Part shown: one piece after another, positions 1 to 9,894 of the stretch
How the letters are laid out: each line of letters starts with the position of its first letter
How positions within the stretch are numbered: position 1 is the first letter of the stretch
From: Candidatus Hydrogenedentota bacterium
GTDB taxonomy: Bacteria; Hydrogenedentota; Hydrogenedentia; Hydrogenedentales; SLHB01
Length of the DNA: 64,000 nucleotides
Direction of reading: 5' to 3'
Assembly: GCA_963668025.2 (NCBI GenBank)
Contig: CAXXTH010000010.1
Span: forward strand, 832,001-896,000
Program-made: the position numbers and the translations under genes
The notes under the pieces: generated by a model
Database searches by the model: none
Seen by the model: the letters and a program-made list of their open reading frames with translations, nothing else
What the model was told of the DNA's origin: nothing

Positions 1-1023
1 GATGGCCAGGCATTCGAGGACGAACTAGATCGCTTGGTTCGGGTCGCCTGGGCCATCAAAGGTCTTCGCCGTGATTTTCTATGCCGCTTTGGCGATGCGC
101 CCGGTGGATTTCATTCTGCAACGGGCGACCAGTTGGCGTTTGCATCTATATTGGGCACACGTGTAGAAACAGTTGATTTGACCGCTGTTATGAACGCTTT
201 TCATACCAGAACGGTTTCGGGACTCCTCGGCACGGAGTGTTTCACCGACGAGGATGTGGCGGCAACCGCGCGCCAGGTGTCGGAGGCCGCAGCCGTTGAG
301 GTTGAGCCTGCCATGCTCGATCGGGCGGCGCGTCTCTACCATGCTTACCGCGCCATTATCCGCGCCAACGGGTATACCTCAGCCTCGTTCCGGTGCTGGC
401 CTGAACAAAACGAGCCTTACATTGGCATCAGTCCATGTGTGGCGATGGGACTGCTCCTTATCAATCGGGACATCACCGCAGCAGGTTGCGAAGGCGACTG
501 GCCCACCGCCGTGGCCCAAACCATGGGCACGTTTCTGTCCGGCCAGCCTGCCGTGTGTCTGGACTGGGTGAATCACACCGGCGCATCGGAAATTGTGCAA
601 TTGGGACATTGTGGTATGGGGCTTTGCGGACGAATGGCAAAGAACCGGGTGCCGGAAGCCCCACCCGCTTCGGTCATTACACACCATCCTGTGTTGCGGC
701 AAGCCAGCAAAGTCAACGGCCCCGTTCATATTGGCCAATTCGAGTTTGGCGTCAAGACCGGCATATGTTTGACTCCAGGGACAAACGGCGTCCTTAAGCT
801 TCTAGCGTTCCGGGGGGAGAGCAATCAGGTGACGGATCAAGGCATGCTTTACAGCGCGGCCGATATGCGGGTTCCCAGCTTCCGGCGGCTGAACAGGTTG
901 ATTCTTGATCACGGCTTCCCGCACCATTTGGCGATGGCATTTGGTGATGTGGTGGATGATCTCCAGATGCTATGCACGTTCTTGGATATCGAATACGTGA
1001 CTCCGGATGGGGAGGAAATATGA
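1..1023 (+). CDS. L-fucose/L-arabinose isomerase-family protein (5' truncated by window edge)
   Basis: Motifs FRCWPE, GCEGD, LGHCG and GFPHH typical of FucI/AraA-like isomerases. The frame is open from the window start and the stop overlaps the next ATG (ATGA). Confidence 0.75.
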   Translation, partial: DGQAFEDELDRLVRVAWAIKGLRRDFLCRFGDAPGGFHSATGDQLAFASILGTRVETVDLTAVMNAFHTRTVSGLLGTECFTDEDVAATARQVSEAAAVEVEPAMLDRAARLYHAYRAIIRANGYTSASFRCWPEQNEPYIGISPCVAMGLLLINRDITAAGCEGDWPTAVAQTMGTFLSGQPAVCLDWVNHTGASEIVQLGHCGMGLCGRMAKNRVPEAPPASVITHHPVLRQASKVNGPVHIGQFEFGVKTGICLTPGTNGVLKLLAFRGESNQVTDQGMLYSAADMRVPSFRRLNRLILDHGFPHHLAMAFGDVVDDLQMLCTFLDIEYVTPDGEEI

Positions 1024-2078
1024 GAAAGAAACAAGGGAACACTCGGGCAGTCAACAAGAAAGTGACCTTGAGGGATGTCGCCGATTTGGCGAGCGTTTGC
1101 AAGTCCACTGCGTCGCGAATTCTTCGCGCCACAAACGGCGATCCGCTTCCGTTCGATCCTAAGACACAGGAAATCGTGCGGGCCGCCGCAGCGAAACTAT
1201 CGTATTCGCCAAGCCGGCTTGCTCGCAGCCTTACCACCTCCAAAACCCACGCCGTCGGATTCATTGTCCCTTCCGTCGAGGACAGTTTCTTCCCAAACCT
1301 GACTGCGGTAATCGAGACGCGTTTAGCTGAGTGCGACTACAGCGTGACTCTCGCGACTACCAGAGATCTTGCCGCCATCGAGTGTGTTAAAATCGTGGAT
1401 CTGCTTGGCTGGCATGTAGATGGGCTTATCATTGTACCTTGCCAGGAAACCATGGACCCGTCCCAATTCTGGAGTTTATGGCACTCCAAAACCCCATTTG
1501 TTTTGCTGGACCGGCTATTTCCCGACACTCCGTTTCATAGCGTGACGACCGATGACTATGCGGGGGCGGCCTTGGCGGTCGAGCACTTGCTTTCCATCGG
1601 CCGAACGCGCATAGCCCGCGTGGGAGGGCCATTGACTGTCTACACGAACCGCCTCCGTGATCGTGGCTGGACAGAGACTTTGCTGCGCGCTGGAATCATC
1701 CCCGAGCCCAGCTATGCCATTGATGTTCCGACCACTCTCGAAGGCGGACGCCAAGCGGTACGAATGCTGGTAGAATGCAATCTCCGTCCAGATGCCTTGT
1801 TCTGCCTGAGCGATCGGGTTGCCGCAGGGGCTATCGAAGAATGTCATCGGCTCGGGATTCGCATTCCAGACGAAATGGCGCTGGTGGGATATGCCGATCT
1901 GGAACTCTCCTTTATGTTGCGGATTCCTCTTACTACCGTGCGCCAGCCCCGCCGTGAGGTCGGGCTGGCGGCTGCAAACCGGCTTCTTAGCTTAATAAAT
2001 GGCGAGACACCGGAAACCGCCGCCCAGGTATTTCCCGTGGAACTGGTCGTGCGCGAGTCAACCGTGGCTTGCCGGTGA
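1020..2078 (+). CDS. LacI-family transcriptional regulator
   Basis: N-terminal HTH VTLRDVADLASVCKSTASRIL, hinge LARSLTTSKT, sugar-binding domain ending LVVREST. ATG at 1020 follows GGAGG. Confidence 0.95.
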   Translation: MRKKQGNTRAVNKKVTLRDVADLASVCKSTASRILRATNGDPLPFDPKTQEIVRAAAAKLSYSPSRLARSLTTSKTHAVGFIVPSVEDSFFPNLTAVIETRLAECDYSVTLATTRDLAAIECVKIVDLLGWHVDGLIIVPCQETMDPSQFWSLWHSKTPFVLLDRLFPDTPFHSVTTDDYAGAALAVEHLLSIGRTRIARVGGPLTVYTNRLRDRGWTETLLRAGIIPEPSYAIDVPTTLEGGRQAVRMLVECNLRPDALFCLSDRVAAGAIEECHRLGIRIPDEMALVGYADLELSFMLRIPLTTVRQPRREVGLAAANRLLSLINGETPETAAQVFPVELVVRESTVACR

Positions 2079-2222
2079 ACCATCGGCAAGACGGGAGGGC
2101 TGGGACAGCCGCTGACATTTCTGGCAAACCTAACTTGTATTCATAATCAGTGCATCGAATGACAAGGCCGCCCCAGTATGAAAATATTCGAACCGAAATT
2201 GCAATTGATATATAAAAATTTC

Positions 2223-2236
2223 TGCAACCGATATAA
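2223..2236 (-). promoter_or_regulatory. Putative auxiliary LacI-type operator (TTATATCGGTTGCA on minus strand)
   Basis: 12/14 match to the CG-centred site at 2658-2671. Confidence 0.45.
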
Positions 2237-2632
2237 TGATTTTCTAGGTGATTTTTTTTGGGAAATATCCCACCGGAGCGATAGGCCCATACTTTATCGT
2301 TCTCTAGTTTTGCAATACCTCTCCTATTCTTCAAAATGAGCTTTTTTTGCCCTGCAAACTCCGTTATGTGATTATTGATCCCACGCACGGGCATAGGCCC
2401 CCCTTTTTTCTCCTTAGTGGATCTAAGCATGTAAGAGTTATAATTACAACTACTTAAGTTTTTAGTTCTCCTGTTTGGGCCACGAGCGCTCTACAATTTC
2501 GTTGCTTCAATCGCATTTTGAACACACTCTTAAATCCACGGCAATACATTAGGACGCCAAATCTTCAACAACCGAGCCTATTCATGCCCTCTCGCTAAAA
2601 CGCGGTGACACGGAAGCCTTGCATTTCAGGAC

Positions 2633-2671
2633 TTGACATCATCAAAAGAACCTTTTATAATACCGGTTGCA
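2633..2671 (+). promoter_or_regulatory. Consensus sigma70 promoter with overlapping LacI-type operator
   Basis: TTGACA 2633-2638, 17-bp spacer, TATAAT 2656-2661. TAATACCGGTTGCA (2658-2671) overlaps the -10/+1 region. Confidence 0.8.
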
Positions 2672-2786
2672 TAGAGAATGTGGCCCGCCTCCGGTAATTG
2701 GAGGCCTACAAATTTCTGGTTCTTCCCAGGCGTACCTAGAAGCAGGTCAAACGCGCAAGAACCAGGGAGAAAACCATGGAGGACTT

Positions 2787-3599
2787 ATGAAAGGTAAGCA
2801 AGTTCGGATGCGCAGGCTATTTGGCAAGGGCAGAGGTGTTTTTGTGCCAATGGATCACCCGTTGTTTTTTGGCCCCCTGCCGGGGATCACAAATCCACGA
2901 GAACTGGTCTCGGATGTGGCGGCTACTCCAGCGGATGGTGTGCTCCTGACGATTGCGACGCAAGAACGGACCGTAGACGTGCTGGGTGGCCTTGCAACGA
3001 TCGCACGCTTGGACGGTACGCACACGCGCCTCGGCTCGCATCTCATCGAAGTAGACAGGATTTCGAGCGTCGAATTGGCGTTGGCGGCGGGCTGCGACGC
3101 CTGCGTGTTGAATATCTTTATCGGCGTTGATAATGAACGCGACCTCATCCGAAAGCTTGGCGAAACCGCAGAATCCTGCGCCCGCTGGGGCATGCCGCTC
3201 ATCGGCGAGATGATCCCCAAGGGGGCGCTGGCGGGGCACTATGGTGCAAAAGAGCGCGTCAGCGAAGATGAACTTGCGGATCAAACCGCACTGGCGGCGC
3301 GGGTCGGCGCGGAGGTTGGGGCCGATGTAATTAAAACTAGCTACACCGGCTCAATGGAGAGCTTTCGGCGGGTCGTGGAAGCAGCGTCCGTACCGGTTGT
3401 GGTAGCTGGCGGGCCTTGCGGCGACACAGTCGAAGACCTTCTTCGGATGGTAGAGAACTGCATGGCGGCAGGAGCCGCGGGTATTTGCATTGGCCGCAAT
3501 GTTTGGGCGCGCCCGAATCGTCGCGAAGTACTCCGTGCATTGTGCCGTATTGTGCATGACAACGTACCTGTAGCTAAAGCCATGGCTGAGGAGGAATGA
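2787..3599 (+). CDS. Class I aldolase, DhnA/FbaB/LsrF family
   Basis: PMDH, GAEVGADVIKTSY (Schiff-base Lys), VVVAGG and GRNVW motifs. GGAGG RBS before ATG 2787. Confidence 0.9.
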   Translation: MKGKQVRMRRLFGKGRGVFVPMDHPLFFGPLPGITNPRELVSDVAATPADGVLLTIATQERTVDVLGGLATIARLDGTHTRLGSHLIEVDRISSVELALAAGCDACVLNIFIGVDNERDLIRKLGETAESCARWGMPLIGEMIPKGALAGHYGAKERVSEDELADQTALAARVGAEVGADVIKTSYTGSMESFRRVVEAASVPVVVAGGPCGDTVEDLLRMVENCMAAGAAGICIGRNVWARPNRREVLRALCRIVHDNVPVAKAMAEEE

Positions 3600-4537
3600 T
3601 TGCAGTGAGTCGCAAATCGGTATTGTGCATCGGCCAATTGGTAGCTGATGTGGTTGTGCGCCCTGTGAACCAAATCCCTTCCTCAGGCCATGTGGCGCGG
3701 CTCAATGAACTTGAGCTCGTCGCGGGAGGGTGTGCGGCAAACGCCGCATGCGTCTTGGCAAAACTCGATGTGAAGACTTATTTCGCAGGCTTGGTCGGAA
3801 ATGACCGTTTCGGCGAAGTCGTCTTGGCCGATATGGCGGCATCTGGGGTCGATATTGAACACGTCATGCGCGACTCACAGGCTCCCACGTCTGCCGTTGT
3901 AGTGCTTGTTGATGAACGAGGGGAACGTTCATTTTTGTACCGAGAAGGCAGTAGCGAACGGCTCACTGCAGCGATGATCCCCGAAGCGCTTTTCCAACAA
4001 GCCGGGTTTGTTCATGTCGGTGGGGCTATGAAGCTCCCTCTGCTGGATATGCACGGCATCCTTAGCCGCGCCCGCCAACAAGGCTGCGTTACTTCACTTG
4101 ATACGGATTGGGATCCTCTCGGGCTCTGGATGGATACGCTACGCCATGTTTTGCCGGTAGTGGACTATCTCCTGACCAATGAAGAAGAAGGATACATGCT
4201 CACCGGCGAAAAAGATGCGAAAGCTATTGGAAAGGCGTTGCGCGCACTCGGCGCAAGCACAGTCTTAGTTAAGTGTGGAAAAAGAGGAGCCATAGTGGTC
4301 TTCGGCGAGGGTGTACAAACGTTTCCGGGGAACCCGGTGCCCGTAGTGGACACTACGTGTGCGGGCGACGCATTCGTGGCGGGATTTCTTTACAGTCTCG
4401 TGCAGGGAAACTCACTGCCCGGTGCGGTTGCCTTCGCCAACGCCGCCGGGGCATTGGCTGTTACGGACACCAGCCACCGCGCCGTGATTTCCACCGCATC
4501 TGTGCATGAACTAATCCAGCAGCAACAAGGAGAATAG
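3596..4537 (+). CDS. PfkB/ribokinase-family carbohydrate kinase
   Basis: GGCAANAA, VGNDRFG and DTTCAGDAFVAG signatures. Confidence 0.95.
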   Translation: MIAVSRKSVLCIGQLVADVVVRPVNQIPSSGHVARLNELELVAGGCAANAACVLAKLDVKTYFAGLVGNDRFGEVVLADMAASGVDIEHVMRDSQAPTSAVVVLVDERGERSFLYREGSSERLTAAMIPEALFQQAGFVHVGGAMKLPLLDMHGILSRARQQGCVTSLDTDWDPLGLWMDTLRHVLPVVDYLLTNEEEGYMLTGEKDAKAIGKALRALGASTVLVKCGKRGAIVVFGEGVQTFPGNPVPVVDTTCAGDAFVAGFLYSLVQGNSLPGAVAFANAAGALAVTDTSHRAVISTASVHELIQQQQGE

Positions 4538-4539
4538 CA

Positions 4540-7182
4540 ATGAAAAGAAGGTTTAGTTCGCCTTGGGTTCTCTTGGCTTGCCTTCAAGTTTGCATTTGCG
4601 CCTTCGCCTATGGTGTTGAGATCGAAAATCCGATACTCAAAGTAACGTTTGATGAGAAACAACAGCTTCTTTCTGTTCTTGACAAGCGGACAGGCCGAGT
4701 GTGGCAGCAGAGCAATACTTTGCCTCAAACTCGGCCCAGAGTCGAGTGTCTTTTCACGACTTCGCCACCCACCGGTAACGAAGGATGGGAAGCTGCGAAA
4801 CCGATAGCAATAGGAATGGAGAAAGTATTCAACCAGGGCGCTGTGGAAAGCCAAGTCCACGGGACAGCCTGGTTCATGCATGATACTAAGAACATGTATG
4901 TCCGAGTACAGGTCGAAGATACATGCATTATGGCTTCACCGCCGGATATGGAGAAATTCTGGCAACGCGATAGTTTCGAACTGTGGATGGACAAGACTGT
5001 CGTGAGTTTCGTGATTACGGCTCCACCCGATTCGTACGGCTCATCTGTTCCTTTACTCGAAACATACTGGTCCGATGGTTCCGAAGGGTGGTCAGCTATT
5101 GAAACGCATCTCTATTGCGGCGACGCGGGATACACAGCAATTCTGTGTATCCCGCTAAATGGCATTCCAGAGCTTGGAGCGGCTGTCAAAAAAGACACGC
5201 CGCTCCTCTTTGCCATCGGCCTCAACAATGCAGATAAAGCTGGTGAACGTAAGGAGTTTCGCTACTTTCCGAACGGCTTCAAATGGGAAATCCTTGCGGG
5301 GGCCAGTATGGTCTTTTCGACCGGCAACAGCTCTGAGCCGCAAACAGTTTCTTCGCAAATGTTGCAATTGCTGCAAGCCAATTCCGAGGCCCGGACGCTG
5401 ACATGCAAAGCGGCGCTGCCAGGAATGAAAAAATCCGGAGAACTTGCGCCTGCGGCGCTCCAACTCGAATATACGCTCCATCCAACTGAACCCGACTTGG
5501 CCATCACCTTCACACCACAGGCCGAAGGTGAATGGAACGAAGTCACTTATCCCTATGTTTTCTCGATGGCTGAAGACGATTCATATCTTGTGTTTCCCCA
5601 TTCCGAAGGGCTTCTTACGCCATTACATAAAAACTCGCCGGACTACATAGAATTGAACAAAGACTATATTCACTCGGGTTTCGGTCCATATTGCGCTTGC
5701 CTAGGATTAGTTAATCTGGCAAAGGGCGATGGAATGCTCCTGCTGTTTCCAGACACGGAGTTGGCGGGTTATGAGATAGTGGATGTAGCGCCGGGCGTAT
5801 CCGATGTTGTCGCCCCTTGCGTGTTCTGGCGCGCGAACAAACATCGGTTCGACAGGAGCCAACGTATAATCTTCAGCTTCCAGGACAAGGGCGGATACGT
5901 TGCGCTTGCCAAACGCTACCAACGCTTCATCAAGGAAACGGGGGCCTTCAAGACGCTTGCCGATAAAGCTATGGAGATCCCTGCCACTAGCGAATTGATA
6001 GGTGCGCCCGTTATCTGGCTGGCAGACCGGTGGAATCCCAACGAACTCCTCGAAATCGCCCAAATGATGAAGAGTGACGGAATAGATAGAGCATTAATTG
6101 AGATAGCTCTCTCATACTATTATTTGATGCCAGGCAAGGAGAAGGAGGCCGCCCAATTCGGAAGCATTGTGAAACAGCTCCGAGAAATGGGCTATGTGGT
6201 TTCGCGTTATGATCAGTACCGGGAGTGCCCTCAAAAAGATGATAAAGCGCCCATATGGGAACAACTCAACGCGGATGCCTTCCCGGAATACTGTCTTCGG
6301 ATGGAGAATGGGGAGTTTCGTCTTGGTTGGTCTCCGCTATATCTGATGAACCCGGAACTCGGGCTTGCACTTGCGAAGAAGCACATCCCGCCCGACCTTG
6401 GACGATACGCCTACAACGGCCGGTTTATAGACGCCGTGGGCACTTGCACGTTTTGGGAAGGGGAAGACTGGGAATCGAGCCATCCGTTTGATGCGTATGG
6501 CACGAAGAAAACACGCAAGGCTATTCTCGAGTATGTCAATTCACTTGGGCTCGTTGTCGGGACCGAGGGAGGCGTGGATTATCTCCTGCCAAACCTCCAC
6601 TGGCTTGAAACGCCGATGTCTATCGTGAAATGGACCTCAGTAGGCCTTCCAAGCCCGGGTGTTGAGGAGAAGCCTGACTTCCCCGAATACCAAATCAGCA
6701 TCGGCACGAAGTACCGAATCCCGTTCTACTCGCTTGTACATCATTCGGAAGTCTTGATCACCTGGCGTTATGAAGATTCGCCGCAACGCATCCCCAAGTA
6801 TTGGCAGGATAAAAATCTGTTGGATGTTCTTTACGGGAATCCGCCGCTGCTCTTCATTGATCTACCGACATACATGAAGTACCGGGCCGCCTTCGCACAA
6901 ACGTATCAATATGTCTGCGAATGGACCCAAAAAGTCGGCGCCGCCGAGATGGTTTCCCATCGCTTTGTCTCGGAGGATCGAAAGATCCAGGAATCCATTT
7001 TCTCGACTGGCGACGGCGTAGTCGTGAATTTCTCTCAACATCCGTACCAGTTTACCAATACCCAAGTGTTGCCAGCACGGAGCTACCTGACGTTTAGCAC
7101 AGATGCTCCAGGCGTGTACTGTCCGCCGCCCGTTATGGAAATGGACTACGAAGGGATCACATCGAACCATGATCACCAGTGA
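4540..7182 (+). CDS. Secreted glycoside hydrolase (GH129/GH101-like) with inserted CBM9/DOMON-like domain
   Basis: Signal peptide; DOMON-like segment (VRVQVED...WQRDSFELW...FAIGLNNAD); catalytic-region motifs YVALAKRY, FIDAV, GTEGG, RIPFYSLVHH. Confidence 0.6.
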   Translation: MKRRFSSPWVLLACLQVCICAFAYGVEIENPILKVTFDEKQQLLSVLDKRTGRVWQQSNTLPQTRPRVECLFTTSPPTGNEGWEAAKPIAIGMEKVFNQGAVESQVHGTAWFMHDTKNMYVRVQVEDTCIMASPPDMEKFWQRDSFELWMDKTVVSFVITAPPDSYGSSVPLLETYWSDGSEGWSAIETHLYCGDAGYTAILCIPLNGIPELGAAVKKDTPLLFAIGLNNADKAGERKEFRYFPNGFKWEILAGASMVFSTGNSSEPQTVSSQMLQLLQANSEARTLTCKAALPGMKKSGELAPAALQLEYTLHPTEPDLAITFTPQAEGEWNEVTYPYVFSMAEDDSYLVFPHSEGLLTPLHKNSPDYIELNKDYIHSGFGPYCACLGLVNLAKGDGMLLLFPDTELAGYEIVDVAPGVSDVVAPCVFWRANKHRFDRSQRIIFSFQDKGGYVALAKRYQRFIKETGAFKTLADKAMEIPATSELIGAPVIWLADRWNPNELLEIAQMMKSDGIDRALIEIALSYYYLMPGKEKEAAQFGSIVKQLREMGYVVSRYDQYRECPQKDDKAPIWEQLNADAFPEYCLRMENGEFRLGWSPLYLMNPELGLALAKKHIPPDLGRYAYNGRFIDAVGTCTFWEGEDWESSHPFDAYGTKKTRKAILEYVNSLGLVVGTEGGVDYLLPNLHWLETPMSIVKWTSVGLPSPGVEEKPDFPEYQISIGTKYRIPFYSLVHHSEVLITWRYEDSPQRIPKYWQDKNLLDVLYGNPPLLFIDLPTYMKYRAAFAQTYQYVCEWTQKVGAAEMVSHRFVSEDRKIQESIFSTGDGVVVNFSQHPYQFTNTQVLPARSYLTFSTDAPGVYCPPPVMEMDYEGITSNHDHQ

Positions 7183-7219
7183 TGCTGTCGAAAGCCTTTT
7201 GCAGACACGGAGCGGGGAA

Positions 7220-8077
7220 ATGCGTAGGAATAGGACATTCAAGAGGCCGATACTGTTGTGGATACAGAGCTTTGGCGATACATTCAGCGCACTGGTCATG
7301 CGAACGATGCATAAAATCGCGGTAGAGCACGGATATGACTTGATCGTTCGAGACATGGGGGTGGGGCTCAACGTCGAGCGGTCGCTTCGCATGCTCAACC
7401 AGTGGCAGGTGGGCGGCGTGATTGTGCTGGGCGGCAACAGCGAGGGATGCCGTTTCGTGCAAGACCGGCGAAAACCATTCGTCCCCATCGTGACTATAAG
7501 CGGCAATTACGGGCCAAATATTGATCATGTTGGCATTGATCTCCGTTATGGAGCGCGAGAGGCTACGCAACACCTTATTGCTGTCGGCTGCAAACGTATC
7601 GCGTTTTTTGGCGCCCGGGCAGTGACTAACGAAGGCTATGAACATCGGCAAGGTTACCTTGATGCTATGGCTCAAGCACGGATGACGCCAGAATTCATAA
7701 CCCCCAATTCCGACGGCGCATTTCGAGAAATGGCACGGTTGGCGGTAATGGACTATGTCCAGCGTCTCGGCCCACCGGACGGTATATTCTGTTCGGATGA
7801 TGCGCTGGCGAGCGGTGCTTACCGGGCCTTGCACGAACTTGCCATACACATTCCTGATGATGTCGCCTTGGTGGGGTGTAACGGCCTTGATGAAACCGAG
7901 TACTACGAAACACCTGTCAGTACACTCGTTCAGCCGATTTACGAGATGTGCATGGCGGCTTGGGAATTCATCGTATGGCGTTCAAAAGACCCGATGCTGT
8001 CTCAGCAAAGTATATTACTCCGTCCCAAACTGGCGATCCGTCAGTCCTCAATGCGGGCAGTTAGTGAAAATCCGTAA
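7220..8077 (+). CDS. LacI-type ligand-binding domain protein lacking the HTH
   Basis: PDGIFCSDD, IPDDVALVG, STLVQP and LAIRQSS motifs. Protein begins at the hinge (alternative start 7169) and there is no room upstream for an HTH. Confidence 0.8.
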   Translation: MRRNRTFKRPILLWIQSFGDTFSALVMRTMHKIAVEHGYDLIVRDMGVGLNVERSLRMLNQWQVGGVIVLGGNSEGCRFVQDRRKPFVPIVTISGNYGPNIDHVGIDLRYGAREATQHLIAVGCKRIAFFGARAVTNEGYEHRQGYLDAMAQARMTPEFITPNSDGAFREMARLAVMDYVQRLGPPDGIFCSDDALASGAYRALHELAIHIPDDVALVGCNGLDETEYYETPVSTLVQPIYEMCMAAWEFIVWRSKDPMLSQQSILLRPKLAIRQSSMRAVSENP

Positions 8078-8496
8078 CAGAGCATTTTACCTTTGTGCCG
8101 AACGCAATATGAGCGCCTATCGCCATTGCGTTTAAGGGCTGTCGTACGAGGAAATTGTGTGAGCTTCGTACAAAACTAGAGCTACTTATTTCTTGTTCCA
8201 ATGAAAGGAGGTGTTGCCAGGATGAACAACCCATAGGGATTCACCTCATGAGGGATACAGGCATGAGAGAGAGAGGAAATGAATTCTTTCTGTGTGTAGA
8301 GCGTGGTGAATGGCCTTAGAGGACGGAAGAGTATATGGGGTATGCATGAAACGCGCATTCCTCAATGTACAACAAATATCTTATGTTCAAGTCATTTGTA
8401 GCTAGGTAATCGATCTAGAAACGGGAATGGTTTTTGGGGACCGGATAAAGGCTGGCTTTATCCACCAAAATCTACTAAATTAGGAGGGTAAATGAG

Positions 8497-9468
8497 ATGA
8501 AGAGTAGAATTATAGCATTATTAATATCGTATGTTTTAGTTGCAAGCGCCGCAAGCGCGGGAACCGTTTATCTTAATTTCGATGATGGCGGCGCGACACT
8601 TCCCGACGGCGTTAGCACAGGTACTGGCGGCTGGGGCGATCCTGCCTTCGCGGATGGCGCTCTTGTGCTAAGCGGTGGAGGTCCATACATTTGGTTCCCG
8701 ACGGAGTGGCTTGCTGAACAATCCATCACGATGGAATTCACCATTCCTGATTTGCTGGCGGGAATTCCTGCGGCGCGCGGCGGTACGGGCTGGCAAGAAG
8801 ACACCTATAATGGTGGTTGGAAGGTTGGGTCCTCGATCTGCTTCATGGGTGGCGGTATCATGGGCGGCTATAATGACATCGAGAACACCCATCTGGGCAT
8901 GGTGGATTGCAGCAACACCTACGCTGGCAGTGATTTCGACATTGAAGGGGCTTGCGCGCTCACCACGGGATTCCGTGTCACCATCAAGGTGGTTGTTGAC
9001 GCCGATGCCAAAACATGGACCACATATTATGCATATGGCGACGATGCAACGACTCCGGCTAAGCGTGCAACCAATTGGACGCAGTTGTATTCTTTTGGTG
9101 GCATAGATTTGGTGAGTGGAGATTGGAATTGGGGCATTCAGTGTTATGGCGCTCTGTTGCGGGTGGATGACGTGATCATCGAAGGCGCGGCGGTGCCTGA
9201 TTTTGGCACGGCTCCGGGTTACGGGCAGATTACTGTTACAGAGGTATCTGGCATGTCTGAAGCCGACGCTGTCGCTGCATGCACCAACATCGGCCTGACA
9301 ATTGGCAGCATTACATATGAACACAGCGACACCGTGGCTTCCGGCCAAGTTATTTCTCAGAGCCTTGAGGCCGGTTCGAGCGTCGATTCTGGTACGGCCA
9401 TTAATCTCGTGATCTCGCTTGGCGTTCAGAATGTTCCCGCACTGAGCGTGCCATTCTTCCGAGGCTAA
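8497..9468 (+). CDS. Secreted protein with beta-rich N-terminal domain and C-terminal PASTA domain
   Basis: AGGAGG RBS, signal peptide, PASTA pattern VTEVSGMSEADA...SDTVASGQVISQS...INLVISLG. Confidence 0.75.
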   Translation: MKSRIIALLISYVLVASAASAGTVYLNFDDGGATLPDGVSTGTGGWGDPAFADGALVLSGGGPYIWFPTEWLAEQSITMEFTIPDLLAGIPAARGGTGWQEDTYNGGWKVGSSICFMGGGIMGGYNDIENTHLGMVDCSNTYAGSDFDIEGACALTTGFRVTIKVVVDADAKTWTTYYAYGDDATTPAKRATNWTQLYSFGGIDLVSGDWNWGIQCYGALLRVDDVIIEGAAVPDFGTAPGYGQITVTEVSGMSEADAVAACTNIGLTIGSITYEHSDTVASGQVISQSLEAGSSVDSGTAINLVISLGVQNVPALSVPFFRG

Positions 9469-9542
9469 GTATTATATGAATGAAGCGGCTTGGGCGGATT
9501 AAGGCCTGAGAAGCATAGCACCTCAGAAGCATTCTGTGATAG

Positions 9543-9584
9543 AACCTCCTGGATGAGACTGCCGCTGGTCTTTTCAGGAGGTTT
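9543..9584 (+). terminator. Probable intrinsic terminator hairpin
   Basis: AACCTCCTGGATGAGAC / GTCTTTTCAGGAGGTTT stem downstream of the PASTA gene. Confidence 0.55.
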
Positions 9585-9739
9585 CGTTGTGTCGTACTTG
9601 GTTCTTTGCACACGGAGCTTGAGTCCGAGAGGTCTCCGTTTATGTGTGGCTATCGTTCTTCTTTTGCTGATGGTTTCTTACACTATCCATTCGCAGGAGA
9701 TCAGGATTCCTATCTGGTGATGGAATGGCAAGTGTATTC

Positions 9740-9768
9740 TTGACACCATTCCTTCTTGAGGTCATAAT
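9740..9768 (+). promoter_or_regulatory. sigma70 promoter of htrA-like operon
   Basis: TTGACA-17 bp-CATAAT. Confidence 0.7.
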
Positions 9769-9894
9769 CCGGCAATAGATAAATGCAAGGGCCTATATGG
9801 GCTGCATTTATGCGGGCTGCGCCGCCGTAAAAGGTTTAGCGTGGAGAAAGCGCAAGTCTGCTTATTTTTTCAGGCTCTAGGAAGAGGAGTGCTT

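Noticed and set aside
1987-2430. 147-aa minus-strand ORF in the AT-rich spacer
   Set aside because: Atypical composition, overlaps the lacI 3' end, no family features.
8204-8220. AAAGGAGGTG as a 16S rRNA 3'-end fragment on the minus strand
   Set aside because: Similarity ends after the anti-SD complement; no rRNA sequence follows.
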